Positions 37,594-39,806 of a DNA stretch of 39,806 bases are shown here, piece after piece. Every line of letters starts with the position of its first letter. The first letter of the stretch is position 1. The DNA comes from an uncultured delta proteobacterium (lineage in GTDB: Bacteria; Myxococcota; Myxococcia; Myxococcales; Anaeromyxobacteraceae), in NCBI GenBank assembly GCA_963845515.1, contig CAWJSR010000013.1:1-39806 (forward strand). Reading direction: 5' to 3'. The position numbers and the translations under genes are program-made. The notes beneath the pieces were generated by a model. That model had not been told where the DNA came from, did no database searches, and saw nothing but the letters and a program-made list of their open reading frames with translations.

Positions 37594-38815
37594 GTACAAT
37601 GTAAAACACAATACTTCGCATATTTCGTAAAACTTGCTATTATTGTCTCCATTAAAAAGGAGGACGATATGGCACCGCGATATAAAGTGACGTTAAACAA
37701 AGAAGAACGGCAGGAGTTGCAGGCTATTTCAACCAAGGGAAAAAGAGCTGCTAGGACAGTATTGCATGCCCGTGCTTTATTGCTGCTCGATGCAGGCGAA
37801 CATGGACCTAAGTGGTTTGTTGAAAAAGTTGCAGAAGCTGTAGGAATGACTGCCCGTAGTCTTGAACATTTAAAAAAGAGATTTGTAGAGGAAGGCATTT
37901 CTGGTGCTATTGAACGAAAAGAACGACTGACACCGCCAAGAGAAATCCAGTTTGGTGGTGAGTTTGAAGCCCAGCTTATAGCATTGGCATGTTCGGAAGC
38001 ACCTGATGGGCGAAGCCGATGGACAGTTCGACTCCTTGCTGAAAAAATGGTCGAACTGAAGATAGTGCCGAGTGTTTCGCCGATGACCGTTTGTAACACC
38101 TTAAAAAAAATGAACTTAAGCCTCACCAAAGCAAATACTGGAAGATACCGCCCGACCAAAATGCAAACTTTGTAGCAGCAATGGAGGATGTTCTTGAAGT
38201 ATACGCCCGTCCATACGACCCGGAATTTCCGGTGCTGTGCATGGACGAATCGAGCATTCAGTTGATCGGAGAAGTACAAGAGCCAATTCCTGCTGTTCCC
38301 GGACAACCTATTCTTGTCGATGATGAGTATGTTCGAAAAGGCGTGGCAAATATATTTGTAGAAATAGAAGCACTTGGCGGAAAGAGAGAGGTGAAAATCA
38401 CGGAACGTCGGACCCAAATTGACTGGGCACATTTCATCCAAGAGATGCTTGAAGAACGGTATCTTGATGCTACCAAGGTGGTTTTGGTTATGGACAATCT
38501 CAATACTCACACTATCGCCTCGCTATACCTCGCCTTTTCTCCAGAGAAGGCGAGGAGTTTAGCAAATCGCCTGGAGATTCACTACACTCCAAAGCATGGG
38601 AGTTGGCTCAATGTTGCGGAAATAGAACTCAGCGCTTTGAAGCGACAATGCCTGTCGGTCAGAGTCGATTGTATAGAAAAAATGCGAGAAAAAGTAATGG
38701 CTTGGAATAAGGATCGTAATAACCGACAAACAAAAGTGGACTGGCAGTTTAAAGCGGCTGACGCTCGAATCAGACTTAAACGGTTGTATCCGAAATTATG
38801 AATTATACAATGTAC
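37594..38815 (+). mobile_element. IS630-family insertion sequence
   Basis: Terminal inverted repeats (cta)GTACAATGTAAAA and TTATACAATGTAC(tag), each end in a CTAG context consistent with TA duplication. AT-richer than the flanks and encodes a transposase. Confidence 0.92.
37669..38801 (+). CDS. IS630 transposase (orfA HTH plus orfB DDE, joined by -1 frameshift)
   Basis: OrfA has RWTVRLLA. A8 run at 38103-38110. The -1 frame reads KKNELKPHQSKYW...MEDVL, CMDE, VMDNLNTH, TPKHGSWLNVAEIE. Confidence 0.92.
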
Positions 38816-39035
38816 TAGACTGGTACAGATAGTTTCGATTTAACTCCGCTCCAGATGTACCCACTTTCTCCAAAGCGCATTGCAGTGGCAACAGCGGTGA
38901 ATGTCAGCTATTCTACTGTTCAATTGCCATCCTCCATTCTGGCTCTCCTCTGTTTGACCATGAATGCTTATATATATTTATATAATTAAATGGCGCGAAC
39001 ACGTAATAAATGGCAATCGGCAATGGGGGCGAGAT

Positions 39036-39305
39036 ATGAAACTTCGTTTGCTTATAACGGCCTTGCTCTTCGTCTGTAGTAGTTGTGTGGTAGCTCCTTA
39101 TTACGACGATCCGTATTATTACGACGGGTACAACTACGGCAGTTATTACCCGTACTACTATTATCCTTACTACTATCCCTATAGTGGGGTGTATTGGTAT
39201 CCATATGGGTTCTATCCATACGGAGGATACAACCACGGTTACTATGGTGGATACTACCATGGTTATTACGGTGGCCATCATGGCCATGGCGGGCATAGGC
39301 ACTGA
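39036..39305 (+). CDS. Small Tyr/Pro/Gly/His-rich secreted protein or lipoprotein (89 aa)
   Basis: MKLRLLITALLFVCSSC signal with lipobox-like end, then YYDDPYYY...YYGGHHGHGGHRH. Confidence 0.75.
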   Translation: MKLRLLITALLFVCSSCVVAPYYDDPYYYDGYNYGSYYPYYYYPYYYPYSGVYWYPYGFYPYGGYNHGYYGGYYHGYYGGHHGHGGHRH

Positions 39306-39537
39306 AAATTCAAGACGTTCATAACGGCAAGCCTGCCTTCCTTCCTTTTCGCTGCTCTAAAAAAGCATCAGGAAGAAGCTCAACCGTGTGTTGTGTTTCC
39401 AAACTGAATCTTGCCATCGGATACCTTTCCTTTCGAAATGCTAACTTAAGTCAAAATTCCCAAGAGATGCCTAGACAATTTGCATCCCAGATTTCAATGG
39501 TGTCGGCAACTCCCCATCGGCTCGACTTGCGTAATCC

Positions 39538-39566
39538 TTGACCAAGTCTTTAAGAATGGTCATAGT
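39538..39566 (+). promoter_or_regulatory. Putative sigma-70 promoter upstream of the riboswitch
   Basis: TTGACC-17 bp-CATAGT, which places the predicted start at about 39573, the aptamer 5' end. Confidence 0.55.
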
Positions 39567-39570
39567 GGAA

Positions 39571-39678
39571 GACAAAGAAAAGCAAACCTCGCGAAAAGAT
39601 AAGGGCGCAAAGCCACTGGCCTAAATCATTAACCTTAAAAAGTTATGGCATGGTAGCAGGGTTTCCTCATTTTTTGCC
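39571..39678 (+). ncRNA. GEMM-I (c-di-GMP-I family) riboswitch, A20 variant
   Basis: GCAAACC..GAAA..GGGCGCAAAGCCACTGGCCTAAA...ATGGTAGCAGGGTTTCC parallels the Vc2 aptamer motifs. P3 pairing is good and distal P2 pairing is imperfect. Confidence 0.8.
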
Positions 39679-39806
39679 TATCCCGGTATAGTAGCTAAAA
39701 TCTTCCTCAAGAAGACTTTGTTCCTTCGCCCTTACCCATTTTTATTGAGCACGCTCGTCTGGCCAGTGGACATTTCTTACAGGCAAGATTTCTGTTCTTC
39801 TAAAGA

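Noticed and set aside
30993..39806. Low-GC segment as a horizontally acquired genomic island
   Set aside because: It carries core housekeeping genes, has no integrase or att site, and cuts genes on both sides of the boundary. A chimera explains it better.

Overview
The window joins two unrelated genomic segments. Bases 1 to ~30992 are very GC-rich (about 70% by eye) and look like the origin region of an Anaeromyxobacter-like Myxococcota chromosome: tRNA-Phe, lgt-lspA-ileS, a RimK-like ligase, a Tyr/His/Cys-repeat lipoprotein, tRNA-Gln, fabH, gyrB-recF-dnaN-(oriC)-dnaA, rpmH-rnpA-yidD-yidC-jag, rsmG with three parS sites, parA-parB-bactofilin, atpHAGDC, a hybrid sensor kinase and gyrA. At ~30992 gyrA stops mid-gene and abuts the truncated 3' end of mqnD from a lower-GC (roughly 55-60%, less at the far end), Desulfobulbales-like segment. 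That segment carries mqnD, mqnB, queA, an FmdB zinc-ribbon gene, murI-lolA-B12 radical SAM, an intact IS630 element, a Tyr/Gly/His-rich small lipoprotein and a GEMM-I riboswitch with the A20 (cGAMP-type) signature. The junction and the many single-base indels most likely reflect a chimeric, error-prone long-read contig. No CRISPR array, prophage or defence island was seen, and no new multi-gene system can be firmly supported. The best leads are the riboswitch, the precursor-less radical SAM in a murI-lolA operon and the His/Cys-repeat lipoprotein. Taxonomic labels are inferences from gene order and composition.
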